Source: an uncultured Candidatus Rokubacteria bacterium
Lineage (GTDB): Bacteria; Methylomirabilota; Methylomirabilia; Rokubacteriales; CSP1-6
Direction: 5' to 3'
NCBI GenBank assembly: GCA_963747235.1
Contig: CAVVEU010000013.1
Span: 32,001 to 96,000, forward strand
Length of the DNA: 64,000 nt
Positions 1 to 10,412 of the stretch are shown one piece after another. The notes under the pieces are model-generated. The model did not search any database. It saw only the letters and a list, made by a program, of their open reading frames with translations, and was not told where the DNA came from. The translations under genes were made by a program, and so were the position numbers. Position 1 is the stretch's first letter; the number at the start of each line of letters is the position of its first letter.

Positions 1-72
1 CTCCTGGTCTGGCAGGATGCGTCCAGGGGCAGGGTGGAGTCAAGAGCGTGGGTCGCGTCACGTCCCCCGCAG
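1..72. repeat. Imperfect direct repeat, copy 1 (may extend left of the window); partner at 1829-1900
   Basis: ctcctggtctggcaggatgcgtccaggggcagggtggagtcaagagcgtg... aligns with few mismatches to ctcctggtctggcaggattcgtccagggggaggacggagtcaagagcgtg... at 1829. Confidence 0.9.
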
Positions 73-212
73 GTTACTTGTTGACAGTGATTCAGCAGGG
101 CAGGTAACCTGCGGCCCGGTTTGTCCTCTTCGACCTTGATGCATGCTCGGTAGCCGTCGTCCGCGGGCGTACGTGTTGGCCCTCGCTCTGGTGATGTGGG
201 GGCGACACGGGC

Positions 213-1679
213 TTGGCTGAGGCCGACGGGTCCCCGGAGGTCCCCACCGAGGCGGGAATTCCAGCCGCGACCGTCGGCCGTGAAGTCGCGCCGGTCAGGG
301 TTCGGGGTGTCGTCACGTTGTGGTATTTCCTTCGAATGCTGAACGACCCGATCAGTTGCGTCCGTTCCGTCTTCGCGCGCTACGGGTCGTTGGTAGCCTT
401 CGAGTCGTTTGCCCTCCATCAGCGCGGGGACACCGTGCTCGCGGTCGGGGCCGAGTTCAACAAGGCCGTGCTCGGCGACGTCACAACATGGCGCACCGGA
501 CCATTGCCGGTATCCGGGCCGAAGGGCTCGGCCCTGGATCGGCTGGGCCAGAATGTCGTGAGCCTGAACGGACCGCGGCAGACGTACTACCGGAAGCTTC
601 TGTCGCAACCGATCCGCAGCTCGCGCATGGCCCAGATGGGAGACGATATGGGCCAGTTCGTGGCGCACGCAGTAGCGTCGTGGCCGCAAGGGGTGGTCGA
701 TCTCTGGCCGTTGAGCAAGGATCTCGTGCGGTCGGTCGCGGTGGCGATGTTGTTTGGAGGGGATCAGGGGCGAGGCGGCGCTCTGGCCGAGTTGAGCGAG
801 CACCTCATGGTCGAGAGCAAGACTCGCAAGGTCTACCTTTGCCGCGCCGGCTTCCCGGGGAGAGCCTTCGAGAAACTCTTGCGTCGTGCGGAGCAGGTCG
901 AGCGTTGCGCGCTGGAGTTCGCGGAAACCAAGCGGGGCGTACTGAATGAACGGGACATGCTATCCGTTCTGGTCAATTCGCCGGACGAGACCGGTGCCGC
1001 GCCGAGCCCAGACGTCGTGGCCGGCCATATCCCGATCTTGTTCGGGGCGACTCACGAGACCTGCCAGACGGCACTGGCCTGGACCCTTTTTCTGATTGCG
1101 CAGCATCCGGACGTTGCGCGCGATCTCGCGGACGAGATCGCGGGGGCGCTGGCAGGAGCCCCGCCGACCCTGTCGCGGGTCGCCCACCTGCCGTTCCTCG
1201 ACGCCGTCGTGAAGGAGAGCATGCGGATATTGCCGCCGGTGCCGAACCTCGCGCGGGGCGCGTCGCAGTCGACCCGTCTCGGTGGGTATGACGTGACCCC
1301 GGGCACCTGGATTGTTCTGAGCTCATTCCTGACGAACCGGGCGCCAGAGCTGTATGAGAATCCGGCTCGCTTCAAGCCCGAGCGCTGGTCGCGCATCAAC
1401 CCTTCCTGGTTTGAGTACATGGCGTTCAGTGGAGGGCCGCGCGTGTGCCCGGGCTCTTCGTTCGGCACGGCGGTAGTGAAGGTATCGATCGCTGCGATCT
1501 TGTCGCGTTTCTGTATCAGTATCGTCCCGGGGGCCCGGATCGATCACCGGGTTGCGGTCACGATGGCGCCGCGCGGGCTACCGGTCGTGCTGCACGCGCC
1601 CGACCGGGGATGGACGGCGTCGCCGGTGACGGGTCAAGTCTGCGATATGGTCGAGCTGAGCTCCTCGCGGGTTCACTAA
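213..1679 (+). CDS. Cytochrome P450
   Basis: ExxR motif (ESMR), PERW, heme-ligand motif FSGGPRVCPG, I-helix-like GATHET; start codon uncertain. Confidence 0.95.
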   Translation: MAEADGSPEVPTEAGIPAATVGREVAPVRVRGVVTLWYFLRMLNDPISCVRSVFARYGSLVAFESFALHQRGDTVLAVGAEFNKAVLGDVTTWRTGPLPVSGPKGSALDRLGQNVVSLNGPRQTYYRKLLSQPIRSSRMAQMGDDMGQFVAHAVASWPQGVVDLWPLSKDLVRSVAVAMLFGGDQGRGGALAELSEHLMVESKTRKVYLCRAGFPGRAFEKLLRRAEQVERCALEFAETKRGVLNERDMLSVLVNSPDETGAAPSPDVVAGHIPILFGATHETCQTALAWTLFLIAQHPDVARDLADEIAGALAGAPPTLSRVAHLPFLDAVVKESMRILPPVPNLARGASQSTRLGGYDVTPGTWIVLSSFLTNRAPELYENPARFKPERWSRINPSWFEYMAFSGGPRVCPGSSFGTAVVKVSIAAILSRFCISIVPGARIDHRVAVTMAPRGLPVVLHAPDRGWTASPVTGQVCDMVELSSSRVH

Positions 1680-1729
1680 GCACCTCAGGCGCTGGAGGGT
1701 GCAGGCCTCGCCTAGCTGTCCAGCGCGGC

Positions 1730-1818
1730 TTCGGGGTCGAGGTGTCCGTCCGGCCGAGCTCGAGGTCGGTGACTACGGCGCCCAGCGTGGCGGCGATCGG
1801 GGCGACTCTTGGCTCCAT
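1730..1818 (-). pseudogene. 5' fragment of a TauD/TfdA-like dioxygenase gene
   Basis: MEPRVAPIAATLGAVVTDLELG resembles the TauD N-terminal strand motif; preceded by AGGAGG RBS; similarity is lost after about 28 codons. Confidence 0.55.
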
Positions 1819-1828
1819 GGGATGATCC

Positions 1829-1900
1829 CTCCTGGTCTGGCAGGATTCGTCCAGGGGGAGGACGGAGTCAAGAGCGTGAGCGTCGTCACATCCCCCGGAG
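1829..1900. repeat. Imperfect direct repeat, copy 2; on the minus strand carries a TTGACT -35-like box and the RBS of the 1818 gene fragment
   Basis: Direct alignment to 1-72; minus strand reads ...ctcTTGACTccgtcctccccctggacgaatcctgccagaccAGGAG. Confidence 0.9.
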
Positions 1901-1909
1901 CCGCGGGAC

Positions 1910-2887
1910 CTACTCGATCACCTGATCCGCCCGCAGGAGGAGCGAGCGTGGGATCGTCAGGCCGAGGGCCTTCGCGGTCCGGAGGTTGATGACCAGCTCG
2001 AACTTCGTCGGCTCCTCGACGGGGAGGTCGGCCGGGTTTGCCCCCTTGAGGATCTTGTGGGCGAAGCTGGCGGCGTGGCGGTACATCTCAGGGTAGTTCA
2101 CTCCGTAGACGATCAAGCCCCCGGCAAATTCCGTGGAGGCGTAGATCGCCGGCAGCCGGCGCTTCGCCACAAGGTCAACGATGCTCCGCTGATTCGCCTG
2201 CGTGAGGGTATCAAGCCCAACGATGAGTGCGTCAACACGCTGCTTGGTCGCGGCATCGAGCGCCGGCTCGAGATCCTCAGGCGTTCGCACGTCGAGCAGG
2301 TGGGGCTCGATACTCAGAGATCGCGCCGCCGTCTCGATCTCTTTCCATTGAGGCGGGAGAGCAGGGTTACTCATGTTGAAGAGGGCCGCGATTCGTAACG
2401 CTCTCGGGACCAGCTCTCTGAGCAGCTGGACCCGTTTCGGATAGATCTCCGTTACGGCGGCGCTCAGCCCCGTGATGTTCCGGCCCGGCCGTGCGAGGCT
2501 GGCGACGAGGCTCTGTCCGACCGGATCGCCGACCCCGATGATCACCACCGGAATCGTTCCGGTGGCACTCTGGGCCGCCAGAGCCGCCGGCGTACCGCGT
2601 GTCAGGATCAGGTCCACCTTCTGCCGCACGAGCTCGGTCGCCAGGCCCGGGAACCGTTCGTCCCGGCCATCGGCCGATCGGTACTCGATGACGAAGCTTT
2701 CGCCCTCGACATACCCAAGGTCCCGGAGTCCCTGTCGGAAGCTATTGACGTTGGTGGCATTGATCGCCGTCGAGGTTCTCTCGATCATGCCGATGCGATA
2801 GAGTTTTCGTGGTTGCTGCGCCTCCGCGACGCGCGCCGCAGCGAGGACGGCGCCAGCCAGGCTACCGAGGAACGCACGTCGGTCCAC
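1910..2887 (-). CDS. Stand-alone ABC transporter substrate-binding protein (ABC_sub_bind/PF04392-like), twin-arginine signal
   Basis: MDRRAFL Tat-like signal; LARPGRNITG, PADLPVEEPTKFELVINLRTAKALGLTIP...RADQVIE family signature. Confidence 0.93.
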   Translation of the reverse strand: MDRRAFLGSLAGAVLAAARVAEAQQPRKLYRIGMIERTSTAINATNVNSFRQGLRDLGYVEGESFVIEYRSADGRDERFPGLATELVRQKVDLILTRGTPAALAAQSATGTIPVVIIGVGDPVGQSLVASLARPGRNITGLSAAVTEIYPKRVQLLRELVPRALRIAALFNMSNPALPPQWKEIETAARSLSIEPHLLDVRTPEDLEPALDAATKQRVDALIVGLDTLTQANQRSIVDLVAKRRLPAIYASTEFAGGLIVYGVNYPEMYRHAASFAHKILKGANPADLPVEEPTKFELVINLRTAKALGLTIPRSLLLRADQVIE

Positions 2888-3211
2888 AAGAGTCTCCTTA
2901 GGTTGCCGTCCTTGCCGAGTCCGACGCTAGGAACGCAAGCGCCATACCAAGGAGAGATCGATGAAAACAGGTGGAGTTAGGTGGCCTGTCCGGCAATTGG
3001 AGAGGGCGGAACGTCTCGTCCCCGGGAGTTATGCCCGAGTCACTGGCACTCGGCTGGCCTGTCGTGATAACGTAGAGGCCTCGCTGAGGAGATGCAGCGA
3101 CGCTCGCGAAGGAGCTCGCGCATGAAGCAGGCCCCGCTCGCCCTCGTCCTTCCTGTCCCACCATCCGGGGACCGCCCAGACCTCCAACTTCGGCCGGAGG
3201 ATTGATACGAA

Positions 3212-4066
3212 ATGCACACGGACATCCAGAGGGTGGACACCCTAACCCGCAACGTGTTCAAAGACCACCACGTTGCCAAGCGAGTGCCGGTCATCGTGAC
3301 GGGGCATTCGCCGATTCGAGAAGCGGCAAAGCGGTGGAGCCTGGACTACCTGGTCGCGCAGCATCCCGACCACAAGGTCAGCGTGGAGTTCTACCACGAT
3401 GGAAACAGAAATCGACACTGGGCCTACAAGAGCATGACCCTGGCGGAGTATGTATCTCTCATACGAGACCCCCGCGAGCGCGCCCGCTACTACCTGGCGC
3501 AGAAACCCGTACGAGACGTGGTGCCCAATCTCGCCCACGACGTGCCGCCTCCGGATTTTCTCGACGAAGCCCAGGACGAAACCGACCCCGTTGTGTTCAT
3601 GGGAATCGACACGTATTCTCCCGCTCACTATCACCTCGCTCCCAAGGAAGCCGTGCTGATGCAGATCGTCGGCAAGAAGAAGATCGTGATGTGCCCGGCC
3701 GAGCAGTATCAGAGCTTCTATCCCTGCGCGTGGTATTCGAAGCGTACGAACTGGTCCAGCATTCCGTTCAAGGCCGACGGCCCGCAGGACGGCGAGACGT
3801 CCTGGATACCGGAGGATGTCAAGAGCAAGTTCCCGCGATTGGGCAAGGCGACGCTCCTGGAGTGCGTCCTTGGTCCGGGAGAGCTGCTGGTCATTCCTCA
3901 GGGATGGTTTCACATCGTTTTCGGGCTCGGTGAGTCCCTGTCCGTGACGTACTTCTGGCACGGGCTGTGGCGCAACAGCTACTGGAAGGTCGGGCTTCGT
4001 GATGCGCTGTCGATCATCCAGAAGGAATACGTGCTCAAGACGATCGGAGCCTACCGCCCGAGCTGA
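3212..4066 (+). CDS. JmjC/cupin-like (Cupin_8) Fe(II)/2-oxoglutarate oxygenase
   Basis: PVIVTG, WSLDYL, YYLAQ, AHYH, QIVGKK, LGPGELLVIPQGWFH..SLSVTYFW pattern typical of JmjC hydroxylases. Confidence 0.88.
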   Translation: MHTDIQRVDTLTRNVFKDHHVAKRVPVIVTGHSPIREAAKRWSLDYLVAQHPDHKVSVEFYHDGNRNRHWAYKSMTLAEYVSLIRDPRERARYYLAQKPVRDVVPNLAHDVPPPDFLDEAQDETDPVVFMGIDTYSPAHYHLAPKEAVLMQIVGKKKIVMCPAEQYQSFYPCAWYSKRTNWSSIPFKADGPQDGETSWIPEDVKSKFPRLGKATLLECVLGPGELLVIPQGWFHIVFGLGESLSVTYFWHGLWRNSYWKVGLRDALSIIQKEYVLKTIGAYRPS

Positions 4067-4075
4067 GGAGCCCGG

Positions 4076-7000
4076 CTAGGCGCCCAGCGCGGCCTCGGCC
4101 CGTCCGAGCCAGAAGCGCATGTCCATCTCCCTGAAGAGCGCGGCCGCCTGCTCGAGGTGCCCGCGGCCCGCTTCGGGCTCACCCGCACGGTGAAGGGCCT
4201 GCGCCCAGGGCCAGGTGGCAGCGGCCGAGGAGCGGCCGAAGCCCGATGTCCCGCGCGATGCCGGCGGCCTCCTCGAGGGCCGCCCGCGCCGGGCCGGCCG
4301 CGCCCTCGGCGGAGCGGAGCTGGCCCAGGACGCGCAGCGCTTCGGCCACGAGCCAGCGTTGATGCTGGGCGCGGGCCATGCCGAGCCCGCGCTCGACGTG
4401 GGCGAGCGCCTCCGCCGGACGCCCGGCCAGCGCGCACGCCTCGGCGAGCATGGTCAGGTTCCAGGCATGGGTGGGCCGGAGATTCAACGCGGCCGACTGC
4501 GCGACCGCCTCCGCGAGGAGCGTCACGCCCTCCTCCGGCGCGTCCGGACAGCGCATAGGCCTGGCCGAGATCGCTGGCGACGAGCAGGAACAGGGGTCCG
4601 AAGCTGGCGCGGCGGCAGATCTCGACGCTCCGGCCGAGCCACGAGACCGCGAGCGGGAAATTGCCCTGGACCAGGTGCGGACGGCCCGCGCCGGCATAGG
4701 CCACGGCCAGGGAGAGCTCGTGCTGCGCCGCCTCGGCCAGCCGCTCGGCTTCCTCGGCGTGGGTGGACGCCTCCGCGAATTCCCCGAGGTACGCCAGGGA
4801 CCACGCCATGAAGGCGTGCGCGGTCGCCGAGCGGAGCGCGGCCCCGCCGGAGGGCTTGCTCTCGAAGCTCGGCGACATTGCGCGCGAACGCGGCGATGGC
4901 CTGGCGGTACTCGCCGAGGCTCAGATAGGCCTGGCCGAGGCGCAGGGTCGCGATGGCCGCGAGGGCGTGGTCGCCCAGTGTCCCCGCGATGGCCAGCGCC
5001 CGCTGGGCGGACTCGACGGCCCGGTCGGGCTGGCCGGACCACCAGTAGCCCTGGGTCATGTACGCCGCGATCCGGCCGAGCCGCCGCTGGTCGCCGAGCG
5101 CTCCGGCCACGCGCTCCGCCTCGTGGAGCGTCTCGAGCATGCGGACCACCTCGCCATGCGGCGTCAGCGCGTTGTGGAGGTCCAGGCGGAGGTCCACCTC
5201 CTGCTCGTCGCGCTCCTTGCCCGGCGGCAGGTGCGTGAGCGCGTCCAGCGCCTGCTCGGAGCACGTGACGGCTTCCCGGTAGGCGCTGTGCGCGGCGGCC
5301 TTGGCGCCGGCCTTGCGGAAGAGGAGCACCGCCTTGTCCCACAGGCCGCCCTGGAGCGCGTGGTGCGCCAGCCGGTCCACCTGCTCGGCCAGCCGGCCCG
5401 TCGCCAGCCGCTCGATGACCGAGACCAGGCGCGCGTGGAGCGCGCGGCGGTTGCCGTACAGCAGCGCGCCGTACGCGACCTCGTGCGTGAGCGCGTGCTT
5501 GAACGTGTACTCGAGGTCGGGGAAGAGGCTCGTCTCGTACAGGAACTCGGCGGCCTGCAGATGGCCCAGCGCCCGCCGCAGCTCCTCCTCGGGGGCGTCC
5601 TCGAGCGCCTGCAGGAGGGCAAAGGGCACGTCCTTGCCGATGACCGAGGCCGACTGGAGCAGGCGCTTCTCCCGATCGGGCAGGCGGTCGATGCGCGCGG
5701 CCAGGATGGACTGCACCGTCGCGGGGATCTGGATGCCCGCCAGCGGCCGCGCCGCGCGGTACTGTCCCCGCTCGCCGTCGAGCGCGCCCGTCTCCACCAG
5801 CGTCCGCACGCTCTCCTCGAGGAAGAAGGGGTTGCCGTCGGTGCGCTCGATCAGGAGCCGCTTGAGGGAGGCGAGGCCGGGCTCGACCCCGAGCAGCGCC
5901 TGCAGCAGCTCGTCCGCGCTCTCGTGCGCGAGCGTGTTCAGACGCAGGCGCGTGTAGTACGTCTTGCCGCCCCAGCCGTCCTGGTACTCCGGCCGGAAGT
6001 TGGCCAGCAGGACGATCCGCGCGCGCGGCACGCGCTCGACGAGGCCGTCGAGCAGCGCCTGCGTCTCGCTGTCCACCCACTGGAGGTCCTCGAGAACCAG
6101 GAGCAGGGGCTGGCTCTGACTCTCGCGCAGCAGGAGCGCCATGATGGCGTCGAGGGTGCGCTGGCGGCGCAGCGCGGGATCGAGCCCCTGCCACCGCGCG
6201 TCGTCGGCGGGCACGTCGAGCAGCGCCAGGAAGGCGGGGAGGGTCGGCTCGAGCGCCGGGTCGAGCGCGCGCAGCCGGGCGAGGACCTTGGTGTGGATCT
6301 CGCGCGCGCCGTCGCGGGCCTCGATCTGGAAGTAGCCCCGGAGCAGGTCCGTGATCGGCAGGTACGGCGTGGCCTTGCCGTAGGACAGCGACCGGCCTTC
6401 GAGGACGAGCCACTGGGGCCGGGACACGGCCTGCGTGATCTCGTGGACGAGGCGCGACTTGCCGACGCCGGGCTCGCCCACGACGGCCACGACCTGACCG
6501 CGGCCCGCCTCCGCCTGCTCGAGCGCTTCGTGGAGCTGGTCGAGCTCGGGCGCGCGCCCGACGAAGCGCGAGAGCCCGCGGCGCGCCGAGGCCTGCAGCC
6601 GCGAGCGCACCATGCCGGCGCCGGTGACCTCGAAGACCTCGAGCGGGACGTCCAGGCCCTTGACCGGCAGGACGCCCAGCGACCGCGTCTCGACATAGCC
6701 CTCGGCGAGGCGGAGGGTCTCGGCCGTGGTCAGCACGGCGCCGGGCGTGGCCATCTGCTCCATCCGCGCGGCCAGGTGCGTGGTCTGGCCGACCGCGGTG
6801 TAGCTCATGCGCAGGTCGTTGCCGATCGAGCGCACGACGACCTCGCCGGAGTTGAGGCCGACGCGGATCTGGATCGGGATGCCCTCGGTCCGGCGCACCT
6901 CCCTGGCGTGGCGCTTGACCGACTCCTGCATGCGGAGCGCCGCGTAGCAGGCCCGCACCGCGTGATCCTCGTGGGCGAGGGGCGCGCCGAAGAGCGCCAT

Positions 7001-7422
7001 GATGCCGTCGCCCATGACCTGGTTGACCGTCCCCTCGTACTGGTGCACGGCCTCCATCATGTGCTCGAGCACGGGGTCGAGGATCTTGCGCGCCTCCTCG
7101 GGATCGCGGTCCGCCAGGAGCTCGAGCGAGCCCTGGAGATCGGCGAAGAGCACGGTGACCTGCTTGCGCTCGCCCTCGAGCGCGCTCTTCGAGGTGAGGA
7201 TTCGCTCGGCGAGGTGCCGGGGCGTGTACGACTCGGGCGAGGCGAAGCGCGCCTGGCCGGTGGGCTTGCGCGTCCACCGGCCGCCCGCACTGGCCGCAGA
7301 AGCGGACGTCCTCGGCGAGCTCGGCCCCGCACGCGCCGCACGAGAGCGCGAGCCGCGCGCCGCACTCGGTGCAGAACCGCGACGACGCGGGCGTGTCGTG
7401 CCGGCAGCGCGGACAGATGCAT
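4076..7422 (-). CDS. Double zinc-ribbon + class III adenylate/guanylate cyclase + AAA ATPase + TPR protein (frameshifted in this assembly)
   Basis: CPRC/FCTECG/CGAC/FCGQCG ribbons; GERKQVTVLFADL, GDGIMALFGAP cyclase motifs; GEPGVGKS Walker A; LEDLQW Walker B; C-terminus FREMDMRFWLGRAEAALGA* stitched across several frames. Confidence 0.9.
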
Positions 7423-7430
7423 GGGGCATC

Positions 7431-7459
7431 AGAGTAGCCCTCGCGTCCCGAGGGGTCAA
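7431..7459 (-). promoter_or_regulatory. Sigma70-type promoter of the cyclase gene, probably leaderless
   Basis: TTGACC-17 bp-TACTCT, then 8 nt to ATG at 7422, no SD sequence. Confidence 0.65.
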
Positions 7460-7474
7460 CACTCCCGGCGCTTC

Positions 7475-7483
7475 TGCTATACT
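7475..7483 (+). promoter_or_regulatory. Extended -10 promoter (TGnTATACT) of the cfa-like gene, probably leaderless
   Basis: TGCTATACT ends 8 nt before GTG at 7492, no SD sequence. Confidence 0.6.
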
Positions 7484-7491
7484 TCGTCGCC

Positions 7492-8655
7492 GTGAACAGA
7501 CGCAAGCTCCTCTTCGATCTGCTTCCGAGGACACGGTACGGCGCATTGACCGTCGTGACGCCGGAGGGAACGACGCGTCGCTTCACCGGTGATCGTGAAG
7601 GCGAGGCCGCGACCTTCGTCCTGAAGGACTGGCGGGCCCTCGACGCGATCGCCCGGCGCGGGGACATCGGCCTCGGCGAGTCGTACATGGCGAATCTCTG
7701 GGAGACCCCGGATCTCAAGAGCTTCCTGACGTTCTGCCAGCGCAACCGCGACGAGTTCGCCCGGCTGACGCGATTCGACTTCGTGAACGCGCTGCTCTCG
7801 CGGGTCGCGCGGCTCACCAGCGCGAACTCCTTCACCGGGAGCCGGAAGAACATCGCGGCCAGCTACGACTACCCGGCGGGGCTCTACCAGTCGTACACCG
7901 ACCGCATGATGACGTACTCGAGCGGCTGGTGGGACGGCCAGGAGATGTCGTACGACGAGGCCCAGGTCAACAAGTACAACCGGATCCTGAGCCGGCTCGG
8001 GCCGCCGCCCCAGCACATCCTCGAGATGGGCTGCGGCTGGGGGTATTTCCTCAAGCTGGCCGCCGCGCGGGGCTACCGCGTCACCGGCTGCACGGTGTCC
8101 CAGCGCCAGTACGAGTACGCGCGAGACCTGAACGAGAAGGAGATCGCCGCGGGGCAGGTGACGGTGCTGCTGGAGGACTACCGGAACATGCGCGGCGAGT
8201 ACGACGCGGTCATGTCCACCGGCTTCTTCGAGCACGTGGGGTCGCGGTACTGGGTCGAGCACTTCCGCAAGGTGAAGCAGTACCTGAAGCCGGGCGGCGT
8301 GGCGATGATCCAGACGATGCTGTGCAACCGCTTCGACCCGAGGAACGGCAAGACCTTGAACTTCTTCTCCAAGTACATCTTCCCGGGCGGCGAGTTCCCC
8401 TCGGTGGGGACGTTCATCGTCGCCGCCGAGGAGGCCGGCCTGCGGTGCGAGGAGCAGCTCGCGTTCGGCCAGGACTATGCCCGGACCATGGAGGAGTGCT
8501 GGACGCGCTTCCACCGGAACCTCGACGACGTCCGGAGGCTCGGCTACGACGACGAGTTCATTCGCAAGTGGGAGTTCTTCCTCGCCGGCTGGTACGCGAT
8601 GTTCAAGTCGGGCCGCTACAACGTCATGCAGGCGAAGCTGGTCCACTACCCATGA
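7492..8655 (+). CDS. cfa: Cyclopropane-fatty-acyl-phospholipid synthase family SAM-dependent methyltransferase
   Basis: GDIGLGESYM, SRKNIAASYD, MTYSS, LEMGCGWG, LEDYR, FEHVG, KYIFPGG motifs. Confidence 0.9.
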   Translation: MNRRKLLFDLLPRTRYGALTVVTPEGTTRRFTGDREGEAATFVLKDWRALDAIARRGDIGLGESYMANLWETPDLKSFLTFCQRNRDEFARLTRFDFVNALLSRVARLTSANSFTGSRKNIAASYDYPAGLYQSYTDRMMTYSSGWWDGQEMSYDEAQVNKYNRILSRLGPPPQHILEMGCGWGYFLKLAAARGYRVTGCTVSQRQYEYARDLNEKEIAAGQVTVLLEDYRNMRGEYDAVMSTGFFEHVGSRYWVEHFRKVKQYLKPGGVAMIQTMLCNRFDPRNGKTLNFFSKYIFPGGEFPSVGTFIVAAEEAGLRCEEQLAFGQDYARTMEECWTRFHRNLDDVRRLGYDDEFIRKWEFFLAGWYAMFKSGRYNVMQAKLVHYP

Positions 8656-8665
8656 GGAGGCCTGG

Positions 8666-10270
8666 ATGACCCGAGGGCGATCGATGGTGGCGGCGCTGCT
8701 CCTCGTGGCCGGCCTGGCCGGCGCGCCGGCTCCGCTGCCCGGCGCAGGCCCCCAAGCACGGCGGCGTGCTGACGATCATGCAGCGGGAGGAGCTGCCCCA
8801 GGGCCTGTCGATCCTCGAGACCTCCACGATCGCGACGGTGTGGCCGGCCTCGCCGTGCTTCAACAACCTCGTCTACTTCGATCCCGCCAAGCCCATGGAG
8901 ACGCCCGACACCATCGTGGGCGAGCTGGCCGAGAAGTGGTCCTGGCAGGACGGCTACCGGAACCTGGTCTTCTTCCTCAGGAAGGACGTGAAGTGGCACG
9001 ACGGCCAGCCCTTCACCTCTCGCGACGTGAAGTTCACCTTCGACGTGGTGCGCGAGGCGCCGGACGCCCCGGCGAAGCTGCGGCTCAATCCTCGGAAAGA
9101 CTGGTACGCCAACATCGAGGCGATCGAGGCGGCGGACCCCTACACGGTGGTCTTCCGGCTCAAGCGGCCCGCAGCCCTCCATCCTGATGATGCTGGCCTC
9201 GGGCCAGTCGCCGGTCTACCCGGCCCACGTGCCGATCGCCGAGCAGCGCAACCGCTGCGTGGGGACGGGGCCGTTCAAGTTCAAGGAGTGGCGGCGGGGC
9301 GAGTTCGTGGAGTACGTCCGGAACCCGGACTACTTCGTCAAGGGCCGGCCGTACCTGGACGGCCTCAAGTACGTGATCATCAGCGAGCGCGGCACCCGGA
9401 CCGCGGCGCTCCAGGCGGGCCGGCTCGACACCTCGGCGCCCGGTGAGATCACCAAGAACATCGCCGACCAGCTCAAGGCCGCGGTGCCCGGCATGGTGAT
9501 CACGCGGGTCGGCTCGCTCACGTCGCCCAACCTGCTCGTCAACCACGCGCGCCCGCCCTTCAACGACGCGCGGGTGCGGCGCGCGGTGGACCTCGCCATC
9601 GATCGCGACGGCTATATCAAAGGCGTGCTGCAGGGCGCGGCGGTGTCCGGCTCGCCGCTCGTGCCCCGGCCCTTCGGCTCGTGGGGCCTGACGGACGGCG
9701 AGATCGTGGGCATCCTGGGGCGCCCGGAGGGGCGCAAGGCGGCGGCGCGCAAGCTCCTCGCCGAGGCCGGCTACGGCCCCGCGACTCCGCTGCGCTTCGA
9801 GGCGCAGACGCGCGGCATCGCCACCTACGTGGACCTGGCCTCCTACGTGGTGAGCGAGCTGAAGCTGGTCGGGGTGGACATCACCGTCAAGCAGCTCGAC
9901 AGCGTGCAGTGGTACGGGGTCACCACCCGGAAGGAGTTCCAGCTCGGGATCAACATCTCGGGCTACGGGGTGGACGACCCCGACGCGATCCTGTTCGAGA
10001 ACTACACGTGCACCGCGCTGCGGAACTACACCAGCTACTGCGACGAGGGCGTGTCGCGCCTGATCGACCAGCAGTCGCAGGAGCTGGATCCCGAGGAAGC
10101 GCCTGGCTCTCGTCCACGAGATCCAGAAGAAGCTCACCGAGGCGGGCGCCCGCCCGACGGTGGCCTGGGGGATCGACCACTTCGCCCACTGGCCCTACGT
10201 GAAGGGCCTGGTGCCGCATCACTCGCTGTACAGCTTCGGCCGCATGCAGAACGTCTGGCTGGACCGCTAG
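8666..10270 (+). CDS. ABC transporter substrate-binding protein, family 5 (frameshifted)
   Basis: Signal peptide; LRKDVKWHDGQPFTSRDVKFTF, GTGPFKF, RNPDYF, PFNDARVRRA; ends RMQNVWLDR*; spread over ORFs 8477, 8766, 9187 and a final frame. Confidence 0.9.
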
Positions 10271-10412
10271 GTCATCAGACCCGGGGCATGGAGCGTCGGG
10301 CGTTCAGCCCCGGTCGTTGATCCAGGGGGACTTCGCGGCGCCGCTCGCCGCCCGGGCGAAGGCGCCGGGGAAGCTGGTACGGGCCCCAGGTCGCGCGACG
10401 CGTCGCAGGCCA

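Noticed and set aside
68-113. Integron attC site making the P450 a gene cassette
   Set aside because: Core-site order is GTT...AAC rather than RYYYAAC...GTTRRRY, and no integrase or further attC sites are visible.
4763-7495. 910-aa plus-strand ORF and similar long antisense ORFs (e.g. 21940-24207, 55296-57170)
   Set aside because: Shadow frames of real high-GC genes on the opposite strand; no recognisable motifs.
213-8655. P450 + JmjC + cfa as one lipid-modifying cluster
   Set aside because: They are separated by unrelated, oppositely oriented genes and each has its own upstream region; no operon evidence.
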